From: an uncultured Nitrospiraceae bacterium
GTDB lineage: Bacteria; Nitrospirota; Thermodesulfovibrionia; Thermodesulfovibrionales; Dissulfurispiraceae
NCBI GenBank assembly: GCA_963727805.1
Contig: CAVSHF010000003.1
Span: forward strand, 2,176,001-2,240,000
Length of the DNA stretch: 64,000 nt
Reading direction: 5' to 3'
The first letter of the stretch is position 1. Each line of letters opens with the position of its first letter. This document shows positions 1 through 9,551 of this stretch, in pieces. The position numbers and the translations under genes were made by a program. The notes beneath the pieces are model-generated. The model was not told where the DNA came from. It searched no databases and saw only the letters and a program-made list of their open reading frames with translations.

Positions 1-1
1 C

Positions 2-1012
2 ATCGAAGGGGGGCTCTTCGAATTCCTGCAGCGCCTCGTCGTTACTGATCTTAAACCCCAAGTTTTTTACAAAATAAAAGAAGACCCGACGCGTTATGCG
101 CAGCTAAATAAATGGGTTTATGAGCAGCTCGAACCTTTAATATCGCCGCTCGGTGACGACTTATGCGCGCGCTTTAGAGAATATTTTGCCGATGCCCGCG
201 AGACGCTGAACAAGCGCATCCTTGGGGCCGCTCATTTTTATGCGACCAAGTGGGAATTCGATATCATCGAGCGGACAAACCCGAACGGCTATGAAATACC
301 TGAAATCAAGAAAGACCTCCAGGACATACAGGAGAAGTATTATGATCTCAAGGGAATACAGCAGATAGCCCTCTATCAAAAATATAGGGACTTCATAGAC
401 CTCTGTGGCGAGCTACGATTCCAGCTCCGTTGGAGTCATATAAACAGAGTTCCCAAGACCTCGGTCCTCGGACATATGCTCATCGTAGCAATATTTTCCT
501 ATCTCTTCTCATGCGAAATAAACGCATGCAAGAAGAGGCGCATCAACAATTATTTTTCAGGTCTCTTCCACGATTTCCCCGAGGTCCTCACGCGCGATAT
601 CATCTCTCCGGTGAAGCGGTCCATCGAAGGCCTGGAATTACTCTTGAAAGAGTATGAAAAAGAGCAAATGGAAAAAGAGGTCTACGGCCTCATCCCCCAA
701 GAGTGGCATGGCGAGATGCGGATGTTCACCGAGGATGAGTTCAGCAGTATCGTGACTATCGATGGGATGAAGAAGAGGACAACATCTGAAGAGATCATCG
801 AAAAATATAATCGCGATGAGTTCAACCCAAGGGATGGCGAACTTCTAAAAGCGGCAGATGAGCTGGCAGCCTTTCTCGAAGCCTTTATGGCCCTGAAAAA
901 TGGCCTCGCCTCTCAGGACTTGCAGGATGCAAAGAACAGGCTCAAGGAAAGATATAAACAGAAGATGGTCGCCGGCATAAAGTTCGGCGAGCTTTATGCT
1001 GATTTCGAATAG
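2..1012 (+). CDS. HD-domain metal-dependent phosphohydrolase (YfbR-like), 5' part outside window
   Basis: Frame of ORF 476..1012 is open from position 2 (IEGGLFEFLQRLVVTDLKP...); motifs RW..SVLGHM, LFHD, ADELAA. Confidence 0.8.
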   Translation: MEGGLFEFLQRLVVTDLKPQVFYKIKEDPTRYAQLNKWVYEQLEPLISPLGDDLCARFREYFADARETLNKRILGAAHFYATKWEFDIIERTNPNGYEIPEIKKDLQDIQEKYYDLKGIQQIALYQKYRDFIDLCGELRFQLRWSHINRVPKTSVLGHMLIVAIFSYLFSCEINACKKRRINNYFSGLFHDFPEVLTRDIISPVKRSIEGLELLLKEYEKEQMEKEVYGLIPQEWHGEMRMFTEDEFSSIVTIDGMKKRTTSEEIIEKYNRDEFNPRDGELLKAADELAAFLEAFMALKNGLASQDLQDAKNRLKERYKQKMVAGIKFGELYADFE

Positions 1013-1154
1013 CAGGATAACGCCTTTTTTAGCGGAATTGCACGTGTCAACAGAATCTCCTTTATACAATTAGCCATCCGGAGTGCTTTGTATTCTTCTA
1101 AAATATTCACCAATTAAAACGATACGTTCTTATAGATTAATTATGATTTTAAAT

Positions 1155-1189
1155 TTGACACAATAGATTTAAAAGACTCAAAATATGAT
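1155..1189 (+). promoter_or_regulatory. Possible sigma70 promoter of the hdrA-flx operon
   Basis: Perfect TTGACA at 1155-1160 in an AT-rich intergenic region; -10 is imperfect (CAAAAT 1179-1184 or TATGAT 1184-1189). Confidence 0.3.
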
Positions 1190-1293
1190 ATTGTGAGCAG
1201 AATTAGGTAGAATAAGTACTCCAGAAGTTAACAGTACCTATCCGTTTTGCTGATAGCATCCGTTCCTTAATTTCTTTTTGCGGAGGTAGTGCA

Positions 1294-4200
1294 ATGAGTC
1301 AAAAAGTTGGATCGGTGGTAATAGTCGGAGGTGGCATTGCCGGAATGCAGGCTGCCCTGGACCTTGCAAATTCCGGCTATTATGTGCACATAGTTGAGAA
1401 GTCGCCCTCCATCGGCGGCGTGATGGCCCAACTGGACAAGACCTTCCCGACGAATGATTGCGCGATGTGAATAATCTCGCCCAAACTGGTCGAGGTCGGC
1501 CGGCATCAGAATATCAAGCTCCATACGCTTTCCAATATCAAGTCAGTATCCGGCAGTGAGGGCGACTTCACTGTCACAATCACTGAAAGTCCCCGCTTTG
1601 TCGATATGGAAAAGTGCATCGCCTGTGGCGATTGCGCGGCAAAGTGCCCTACGAAAGTGCCTGATGAGCACAATGAGGGACTGGGTCCCCGCAAGGCTAT
1701 CTATGTTAAGTATTCTCAGGCGGTGCCCCTTAAGTATGTCATAGACAAGGAACACTGCAGGATTCTCGGCCTGGGCAAGAAGTGCGGGATTTGCGAAAAG
1801 AAGTGCCTTAAGGGCGCCATCAATTTCGAGGACAAGGAAAAAGATGTAGAGGTCAAGGCCGGGTCGATCATTCTCGCTCCCGGCTTTAAGCCTTACGACG
1901 CGAGGGTCAGAGAGGAATTAGGCCTGGGTCGCTGGAAGAATGTGGTGTCTGGTCTGCAGTTTGAAAGGATCCTTTCACCATCTGGCCCGTTCATGGGCCA
2001 TGTGAAGCGCCCGTATGATGAAGGGCATCCAAAAAAGGTAGCCTGGATACAGTGCGTGGGGTCCAGGGACCCTCATAATGCAAACCCCTGGTGCTCTTCT
2101 GTTTGCTGCATGTATGCCACCAAGCAGGCTGTCATCGCAAAAGAGCATGATTCACATCTGGAGCCCACCATTTTCTTCATGGAGATGAGAGCATACGGTA
2201 AAGACTTCGACAAATACGTTGAGCGGGCAAAGAATCAGTTTGGTATACGCTATCAGCGGGCCATGGTTTCGGCGATCAGGGAGGAGCCCGGCACGGGTGA
2301 TCTCATTTTAAGATATGCAGCTGAAGACGGAAAACTTATCGACGAGAAGTTCGATATGGCTGTGTTGTCCGTCGGCCTTGATGTCCCGCCTGAAACATTG
2401 GTCCTTGCAGAGCAGATGGGGATCGAACTTAACCCCAACCATTTTAACAAGGCAACGACGTTCAAGCCGGTCGCCACTTCGAAGCCCGGTGTTTATGCAT
2501 GCGGAGCCTTCAGCGGCCCCAAAGACATTCCTGTCTCGGTTATGGAAGCAAGCGCGGCAGCATGCGCTGCTTCCGGCAACCTGTCTGATGTACGCAATTC
2601 ATGCACGGTAAATCCCGTCGCTCCCGAGATCCGTAACATTGCCGGTGAGCCGCCGAGGATAGGTGTCTATGTATGCAATTGCGGGATAAACATCGGGGGC
2701 GTGGTGAAAGTGCCGGAGCTGGTGGACTATGCGAAAGAGCTCCCTTTCGTCGTTTACGCGGAAGAGAGCCTCTTTACCTGCTCGCAGGACACTCAGGACA
2801 AAATCAAGGAGTCCATCCAAAAGAACGGCATCAACCGTGTCGTGGTTGCGGCGTGTACGCCGCGCACTCACGAACCCCTGTTCCAGGCGACACTGCAGGA
2901 GTCTGGCGTAAACAAATATCTTTTCGAGATGGCGAATATCAGGAACCAGAACTCCTGGGTCCATTCAAGCACTCCTGAATTAGCGACCGAGAAAGCGAAA
3001 GATCTTGTCCGCATGGCGGTTTCCAAGGCCGCACTCCTCGAACCACTGAGCCAGACAGTCCTGGGCAATACAAAGAGGGCTCTGGTGGTGGGCGGAGGCG
3101 TTGCCGGCATGAATGCCGCAAAAGAGCTTTCTAAGCAGGGCTTTGAAGCTGATCTGGTCGAAAAGTCTGATCACCTCGGCGGACATGCGGTCAATCTATT
3201 TCAGACGGCCAAGGGAGAGCAGATCTCGTCCTATATTGACGAGCTTACAAAGAGTATCACGACCGATCCGCGCATCAGAGTGCATTTGAATTCCTCGATC
3301 TCGAATGTGGACGGCTTTGTCGGCAACTTTAAAACTACACTGACCAGCAGTAACAACGGCAAGGAGTCGGTTGTAGTGGAGCACGGCGTTGCGATTATCG
3401 CGACCGGAGCTTCGGAATTCAAGCCGACTGAATACCTTTATGGGAAGAACCCGAAGGTATTGACGCAGACCGAGTTCGACAAGTTCTTCAAGGAAGATTC
3501 CCCCGCCTTAAAGAAAATGAACAATGTCGTATTCATCCAATGCGTTGGATCGAGAGAAACGGAAAGACCTTATTGCAGCAAGGTGTGCTGCACGCATTCC
3601 GTGCAAACCGCCATAGGAATCAAGAAGAGAAACCCCAGCGCTAATGTCGTCATAATCAACAGGGACATCAGGACTTACGGCGAACTCGAATACCTTTACG
3701 CGGAAGCCAGAGATCTTGGCGTTATCTTTGCGAAATACGACGAATCGAGAAAGCCCCTAGTTGAGGATAACGGCAACACGGTAAGCGTCACATTTACCGA
3801 TCATATCCTCCAGAAGGACATCAAGGTCAATGCCGATTACCTGGTACTGGCCGCGGCAATCGTTTCCAACAGGGAAGAAGAACTTGCCAAACAGTTCAAG
3901 GTTCCCCTTGATGCCGACGGTTGGTTTCTCGAGGCACACCAGAAACTCAGGCCGGTTGACTTCGCCACCGACGGGGTCTTTATGTGCGGGTTGGCTCACT
4001 ATCCGAAGGCGATGGACGAGACAATCTCACAGGCGCAGGCAGCCGTTGCGAGAGCAGTCACCGTCCTTTCAGCAGAGAATATCGTTGTGGGAGGAAGTAC
4101 TTCCCAGATCGATAAGAGGCGCTGCTCAGGATGCGGCGTATGTGTTACCCTTTGTCCGTTCCAAGCAATAGTATGCGACGATAAAGGCAAGGCTGAGGTC

Positions 4201-4326
4201 AATGTCGCGCTGTGTAAGGGTTGCGGCGTTTGCGTTACCTCATGCAGGTCCGGAGCACCTGACCTGAAGGGATTCACCAACAGTGCTATCATGGCACAGA
4301 TTGACGCACTAGAAGGAGTCTACTAG
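1294..4326 (+). CDS. hdrA: Heterodisulfide reductase subunit A-like flavoprotein, tandem double-HdrA, probable selenoprotein (1010 aa with UGA read-through)
   Basis: GGAGG then ATG 1294 gives [17 protein letters not shown]...[15 protein letters not shown](1468-1470)[12 protein letters not shown], in frame with ORF 1606..4326; two GxGxxG FAD motifs, two QCVGSR..CSxVCC motifs, internal VCNCG module, ferredoxin motifs. Confidence 0.92.
1468..1503 (+). promoter_or_regulatory. UGA recoding site with putative bacterial SECIS hairpin
   Basis: TGA 1468-1470; stem CUGGUCG (1486-1492) pairs with CGGCCGG (1497-1503) around an AGGU loop, 22 nt after UGA. Confidence 0.75.
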
Positions 4327-4391
4327 CAACCGCAGATCAACAGCGGCCTTTATGACCTCTGTTGCATTAACTAAAGGGGAAGGGTATTGCC

Positions 4392-4841
4392 ATGGCAGAA
4401 TTCGAACCGACGATCATTGCTTTTCTCTGTAACTGGTGCAGTTATGGAGCGGCTGACCTGGCTGGAGTCAGCAGGATGAAATATCCTGCCAATGTGAGAA
4501 TTGTAAGAATCCCGTGTACCGGCCGCATGAGCGCTGAATTTATTTTAGACGCCTTTCGCAGGGGCGTGGACGGGGTCTGGGTATCTGGCTGACACCCCGG
4601 CGACTGCCACTATATTAGTGGCAATCTGGTCGCGCGTCGCAAGTTTGCGACAATGAAAGGCCTTTTGGAATATGTAGGATTGGAACCGGGACGGCTGCAT
4701 TTCTCCTGGATATCTTCAGCAGAGGGCGAGAAATTTGCCCGCACGGCAACAGAAGTTATCGCAAGTGTAAAGGCATTAGGTCCGGCGAAACGATTAGTCA
4801 AGGCTGGTGTCGCTGAGGTACCTTGTGGAGAGGTGATTTAA
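4392..4841 (+). CDS. flxD: MvhD/FlxD [2Fe-2S] subunit, probable selenoprotein (149 aa with UGA read-through)
   Basis: FLCNWCSYGAADLAG, IPCTGR, then VSG-TGA(4590-4592)-HPGDCHY, matching the MvhD motif GCHPGDCHY; ORFs 4392..4592 and 4653..4841 are in the same frame. Confidence 0.92.
4590..4623 (+). promoter_or_regulatory. UGA recoding site with downstream hairpin (putative SECIS)
   Basis: TGA 4590-4592; UGCCACUA (4605-4612) pairs perfectly with UAGUGGCA (4616-4623), loop UAU. Confidence 0.6.
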
Positions 4842-5794
4842 TGCAAAAACGAACTGCAAAAATAAAGGAAATAGCCAAAAAGCTTCTGGATGAAAAAAAG
4901 GTCGATTTTGTCCTGGGGCACAAGAAAGGCTCTGTTCCAATGAAGAATGCGCCGTTTTTCGCGCAGACCCCCGAGGATGTCGACCTTCTGCTATGGGACG
5001 GCAACTGCCGCAGTAATCTCGCCAATTTTCTCACTCACTTCAAGGACAAACGCATTGCTGTCGTTGCCCAGGGATGTGTGAGCAGAAATATTGTGGGGCT
5101 CTTACTCGAAAAGCAGATCAACAGGGACAACATCTATGTTATTGGAGTACCCTGCATAGGCATGCTGAGCCGCGACAAACTCAAGCAATCAGCCAAAGGC
5201 GAGATAGTTGAGGTAAAAGAAGATAACGATCAGGTGACCATAAAAGGCGTCGGGGGTGAGACCACAGCAAGCCGTAAAGACCTCATCAGAGACAATTGTA
5301 ACATCTGCACCCACAGAAACCCTGTCCTGTCCGATGAGCTTGTTGCTGAAGCAGTGAAGGAGCAGGAGGTTGCAGATCAATACGAGGAAGTTAAGAAGAT
5401 CGAATCAATGACCGCCGAGGACAAGTCAAAATTCTTTGAAGAACTCTACAGCAGCTGTATCCGTTGTTACGCATGCCGTGATGCATGCCCGCTCTGTTAC
5501 TGTCCGGAGTGTTTTGTTGACAAGTTCAATCCACAGTGGTGCGGCAAATCACAGGATAGCCAGGACGTCCTTTCCTATCACATCATCAGGGCCTTCCATG
5601 TGGCCGGCCGCTGCACCGAATGCGGTGCCTGCGAGGATGCCTGCCCGATGGGAATCAAAGTCAGAATCCTGACAAGCAAGGCTGAAAAGGACATCAGGGA
5701 AAATTATGATGCTCATGAGCCGTGGGAGAGTCTTGAATCGCAGCCGCCGCTGGTTACGTTCAAAATCGACGACCCGCAGCCGTTTATAAAGTAG
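4841..5794 (+). CDS. flxC: 4Fe-4S protein, FlxC / FdhB-like subunit
   Basis: ATG 4841 overlaps the flxD stop, preceded by GAGGTG; CIRCYACRDACPLCYC and GRCTECGACEDACP motifs. Confidence 0.8.
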   Translation: MQKRTAKIKEIAKKLLDEKKVDFVLGHKKGSVPMKNAPFFAQTPEDVDLLLWDGNCRSNLANFLTHFKDKRIAVVAQGCVSRNIVGLLLEKQINRDNIYVIGVPCIGMLSRDKLKQSAKGEIVEVKEDNDQVTIKGVGGETTASRKDLIRDNCNICTHRNPVLSDELVAEAVKEQEVADQYEEVKKIESMTAEDKSKFFEELYSSCIRCYACRDACPLCYCPECFVDKFNPQWCGKSQDSQDVLSYHIIRAFHVAGRCTECGACEDACPMGIKVRILTSKAEKDIRENYDAHEPWESLESQPPLVTFKIDDPQPFIK

Positions 5795-5803
5795 GTGGGC
5801 GAT

Positions 5804-6835
5804 ATGGAATATAAAATACTGAAAAAGAACAATGTTGATACTTTTATCGGTGAATTGAAGAAGAAGTACAAGTTCTGGGGACCGAAAAAGAAGGGCAAAC
5901 AGATAACGTTCGGCGAGGTTTCGAGCCAGAAGGAAATGTGTCTTGAAGATTTTACGAATTCATCCATGTCACCCAAAGGCATCTTCTTCCCGCAGTCCGA
6001 GATAATGCTCTCGTTCAAGAAGTCGGGTGAAGAAGCAAAAATCTATAAAGACGTGGAAATCAACCCTTCACAGAAGGTGGTCTTTGGGATGAGGCCATGC
6101 GATGCCCGGGCTTTTAGCCTTCTTGATAAAATATTCACCAACGACCAATTTTCAGACAACTACTGGGTTTCCAAAAGAGAGGCCACTACCCTTATCGGGC
6201 TGGGATGCAATGCGCCCTGCAGCACTTGCTTTTGCACTTCGGTAAACTCTCATCCCTTTGATGAGAAAGGGCTTGATATACTAGCCACCGACCTGGGAGA
6301 CCACTATCTCCTGAAGGTGCTTACCGAAAAGGGCAAAAAGATGACTGAGGGCATGTCCAGCCTTGAAGATGCCAAGGATAGTGATATTACACAGCAAAAA
6401 GAAGTGAGCACCAAAGCAGAGGGTGCCATCACCTCGCATGTCAGCGTCGACAAGATAAAGGACAAGTCCGTGCTTGAGCTGTACAATAATGAGATGTGGT
6501 CAAAAGTGTATGAATCCTGTTTGAACTGCGGAACCTGCACCTATGTCTGCCCGACATGCCACTGCTTCGATGTCCAGGACGAGGTTTCCAAGGAGGGCGG
6601 TGTACGGATACGCAACTGGGATTCCTGCATGTCATGGCTCTTCACCATCCATACCACGGGCCACAATCCGAGGCCTTCAAAAAAGGAGCGCGTCAGGCAG
6701 CGGTTCATGCACAAGTTCAAATATATTCCTGTCAAAAGGGATGGAGAGATTGGGTGTGTGGGTTGCGGCAGATGTGTAACCCTCTGCCCGGTCAACATAG
6801 ACATACGTGAAGTAGCCAATTTAATGAACGATTGA
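5804..6835 (+). CDS. flxB: 4Fe-4S protein, FlxB / AsrA-like subunit
   Basis: GMRPCD, CSTCFC, CLNCGTCTYVCPTCHCF, CVGCGRCVTLCP motifs. Confidence 0.82.
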   Translation: MEYKILKKNNVDTFIGELKKKYKFWGPKKKGKQITFGEVSSQKEMCLEDFTNSSMSPKGIFFPQSEIMLSFKKSGEEAKIYKDVEINPSQKVVFGMRPCDARAFSLLDKIFTNDQFSDNYWVSKREATTLIGLGCNAPCSTCFCTSVNSHPFDEKGLDILATDLGDHYLLKVLTEKGKKMTEGMSSLEDAKDSDITQQKEVSTKAEGAITSHVSVDKIKDKSVLELYNNEMWSKVYESCLNCGTCTYVCPTCHCFDVQDEVSKEGGVRIRNWDSCMSWLFTIHTTGHNPRPSKKERVRQRFMHKFKYIPVKRDGEIGCVGCGRCVTLCPVNIDIREVANLMND

Positions 6836-6865
6836 AAACAAATAAAATATGAGTGTGAATGACCT

Positions 6866-7705
6866 ATGAAAAATCCATATTTACCTTATCCGGTAAGGAT
6901 AGACAAAATAGTAGTTGAGACCGAGGACAGGAACCTCAAGTCCTTTAAATTTGTGTTTCTCAACGCGGATGACAGAAAAGCGTTTGATTATACTCCTGGC
7001 CAATTTGCCCAGCTTTCCGTAACTGGCAAAGGTGAGATCCCCATAGGCATCGCATCGTCGCCTACCGAGGGTGACCATCTGCTTTTTACGGTAAACAAAA
7101 TGGGATTGGTTACCACAGCTCTACATAACCTGTCGGAAGGCGACATCATGGGGGTGCGTGGACCGCTCGGCAATTCCTACCCGTTCGAGGCAATGAAGGG
7201 TAAGGATATAATAATAATCGGCGGTGGCTATGCCTTTACCACCCTGCGGTCTACCATGGTTTATCTGCTCGATAAAAAGAACCGGGCTGATTTTGGAAAG
7301 ATAACCCTCATATATGGCGCCAGAACACCAGGCATGCTCCTTTACAAGGAGACTCTGGAGGAATGGTCCAAACGTGATGATATTAACTACAATGTGACGG
7401 TAGACAGAGAGGCCCCGGGATGGAAGGGGATAGTCGGTTTCGTGCCTGCCGTGACTGAAAAGGTTGCCCCATCTTCCACCAATGCAATTGCCATCATATG
7501 CGGGCCGCCCGTAATGATCAAGTTTACCTTGCCTGTTATGACCAAACTGGGCTTTACCCCGGAGCAGACCGTAACCTCGCTCGAAAACAGGATGAAGTGC
7601 GGAATAGGCATATGCGGCAGATGCAATGTCGGGCCTGAATACGTCTGCAAGGACGGCCCTGTCTTTACCATGGCCCAATTGAAGGAAATGCCTCAGGAAT
7701 ATTAA
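6866..7705 (+). CDS. flxA: FAD/NAD(P)-binding [2Fe-2S] oxidoreductase, FlxA / AsrB / PyrK-like
   Basis: PGQF, RGPLGN, IGGG, CGPPVM, MKCGIGICGRC..YVCKDGPVF motifs. Confidence 0.88.
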   Translation: MKNPYLPYPVRIDKIVVETEDRNLKSFKFVFLNADDRKAFDYTPGQFAQLSVTGKGEIPIGIASSPTEGDHLLFTVNKMGLVTTALHNLSEGDIMGVRGPLGNSYPFEAMKGKDIIIIGGGYAFTTLRSTMVYLLDKKNRADFGKITLIYGARTPGMLLYKETLEEWSKRDDINYNVTVDREAPGWKGIVGFVPAVTEKVAPSSTNAIAIICGPPVMIKFTLPVMTKLGFTPEQTVTSLENRMKCGIGICGRCNVGPEYVCKDGPVFTMAQLKEMPQEY

Positions 7706-7851
7706 GTATAAGGTGCTATAGAAAGTTCGGTAGTGTTGCAGGAGATAATCTCCTTAGCATATTGATAGGCCGTATCACCGTGGCCGATAAGCTTCGTGAC
7801 TGTAGACGCTCGCACTTTTTTCATTTATATCGGTTATAATTATTGCCACCT

Positions 7852-8649
7852 ATGACGGGAATCATCGACTTCCATACCCATGCATTTCCCGATGCTCTTG
7901 CCGAGAGAGCGCTCGCAGCGCTTCAACACGGTGCGAGCGTTAAGGCCTTTCTCGACGGGCGCATCTCCTCTCTCATCACCTCTATGGACAGATGCGGGAT
8001 CCAAAAGAGTGTGGTCTGCTCAATCGCGACAAAGCCCTCTCAGTTTGAGCCCATCCTGCAGTGGTCGAAGACGATACAGTCCGAGCGCATCATTCCACTG
8101 CTCTCGTTTCATCCGTCTGATCCGGAATACGCTGAAAAGATCAGGACTGTCAAGGGCGAGGGGTTCAAAGGCATCAAGCTCCACCCGTTTTACCAGGAGT
8201 TCGATATCGACGAAGAGCGCATGCTCCCGATGTACGAACTCATTCGAAAGGAGAATCTCATCGTCGTCATGCATACAGGATTCGACATCGCCTTTCCCCG
8301 GATAAGAAGGGCCGATCCCGCAAAGATATTGAATATCATAAAACAATTCCCCGACCTGAAGCTCGTGACGACCCATCTCGGCTCGTGGGAGCAGTGGCAG
8401 GAGGTTGAGATGCTCCTTGCCGGAAAATCAATACATATGGAGCTGTCCTTTTCTCTTGAATATCTGGATAGTGCCCCTGTCAAAGATATCCTCCTGAAGC
8501 ATCCCAAAGAGCACCTCTTGTTCGGCACCGACTCGCCATGGACCGACCAGGAAAAGACCCTTGAACTATTCCGCGGACTTGACCTCGGAGAGAAAATCGA
8601 ACGGGCCACCCTGAGGGACAATGCTGAAAGACTTCTCAATTCCGTATAG
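7852..8649 (+). CDS. Amidohydrolase family protein (Amidohydro_2)
   Basis: IDFHTH, GIKLHP, MHTG, THLG, LFGTDSPW motifs. Confidence 0.85.
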   Translation: MTGIIDFHTHAFPDALAERALAALQHGASVKAFLDGRISSLITSMDRCGIQKSVVCSIATKPSQFEPILQWSKTIQSERIIPLLSFHPSDPEYAEKIRTVKGEGFKGIKLHPFYQEFDIDEERMLPMYELIRKENLIVVMHTGFDIAFPRIRRADPAKILNIIKQFPDLKLVTTHLGSWEQWQEVEMLLAGKSIHMELSFSLEYLDSAPVKDILLKHPKEHLLFGTDSPWTDQEKTLELFRGLDLGEKIERATLRDNAERLLNSV

Positions 8650-8658
8650 AGATACTCG

Positions 8659-9486
8659 ATGAAGATCGGCGTCTTTATAAAACTTATCGGCAGGAGTATC
8701 GCCGATTTTTTCAGGGACGGAGGACCGATGCTCGCCGGCTCGATCTCTTATTTTGCGATAATGGCCGTCCTCCCCTTCTGCCTTTTCCTCATCGCGATCT
8801 TTACTTACCTCATTGGCCATGACGAAGAATTCTTCAAGTTCATCACCGCAAAACTTCTCAGCTTTTTTCCCAAGGCGGCTCAGAGCATCGCAAAGGAACT
8901 GAGAGACGCCATATCTTTCAAGGGTGTCGGGACCTTCACCTTGTTGGCATACGGGATACTGTCCTATCAGCTCTATTCGTCACTCGAATCGGCGCTCAAT
9001 GTCGTTTTTAAAATCAAAGACAAGCGGTCATTCATCAGCCATTTCTTCATATCGCTTTTCCTTATTACGCTCCTAATTGTCTTCCTGCTTCTATCCTTTG
9101 GTGCGTCGTCCGCTATATCGGTTCTCAATACACTCAGAGACGATCTTCCCGGCTTGGAGATCCGGACAATCACTGCCTTCATCATCAAGTATATAGTGCC
9201 TTTCATACTCGTCTTCGTTACTATCGCTACTCTCTACATCATCTTGCCCAAGAAAAAAATACGATGGAGGAACGCCATGGCCGGAGCGCTCATAGCCGCT
9301 ATCTTCCTTGAAACGGCCAAGCATATCTTTACCCTCTATGTCGTCAAGGTCGTGAAATTTGGCGCCATTTATGGACCCCTTTCGGCTTTCATCATATTTC
9401 TGCTATGGGGATTTTATTCTTCGTGCATATTCCTGATAGGAGCTGAAACGGTGCACAAGCTGGAGTTGCGTAAGAGGCAAAGTTGA
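8659..9486 (+). CDS. YihY/BrkB family inner membrane protein
   Basis: Multiple TM helices; AGSISYF, LYIILP, AIYGPL motifs. Confidence 0.85.
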   Translation: MKIGVFIKLIGRSIADFFRDGGPMLAGSISYFAIMAVLPFCLFLIAIFTYLIGHDEEFFKFITAKLLSFFPKAAQSIAKELRDAISFKGVGTFTLLAYGILSYQLYSSLESALNVVFKIKDKRSFISHFFISLFLITLLIVFLLLSFGASSAISVLNTLRDDLPGLEIRTITAFIIKYIVPFILVFVTIATLYIILPKKKIRWRNAMAGALIAAIFLETAKHIFTLYVVKVVKFGAIYGPLSAFIIFLLWGFYSSCIFLIGAETVHKLELRKRQS

Positions 9487-9551
9487 CAATGATGGAGTAG
9501 AAAAAATATTGGACCATGACGCAGAAAGGCTTCTCCGGACCTGAAGCGACC

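Noticed and set aside
1468..4592. Alternative genetic code (UGA = Trp/Gly) or pseudogenisation of hdrA and flxD
   Set aside because: TGA is a normal stop in other genes here (e.g. flxB, trpF), and both TGAs fall exactly on conserved Cys positions in otherwise intact genes
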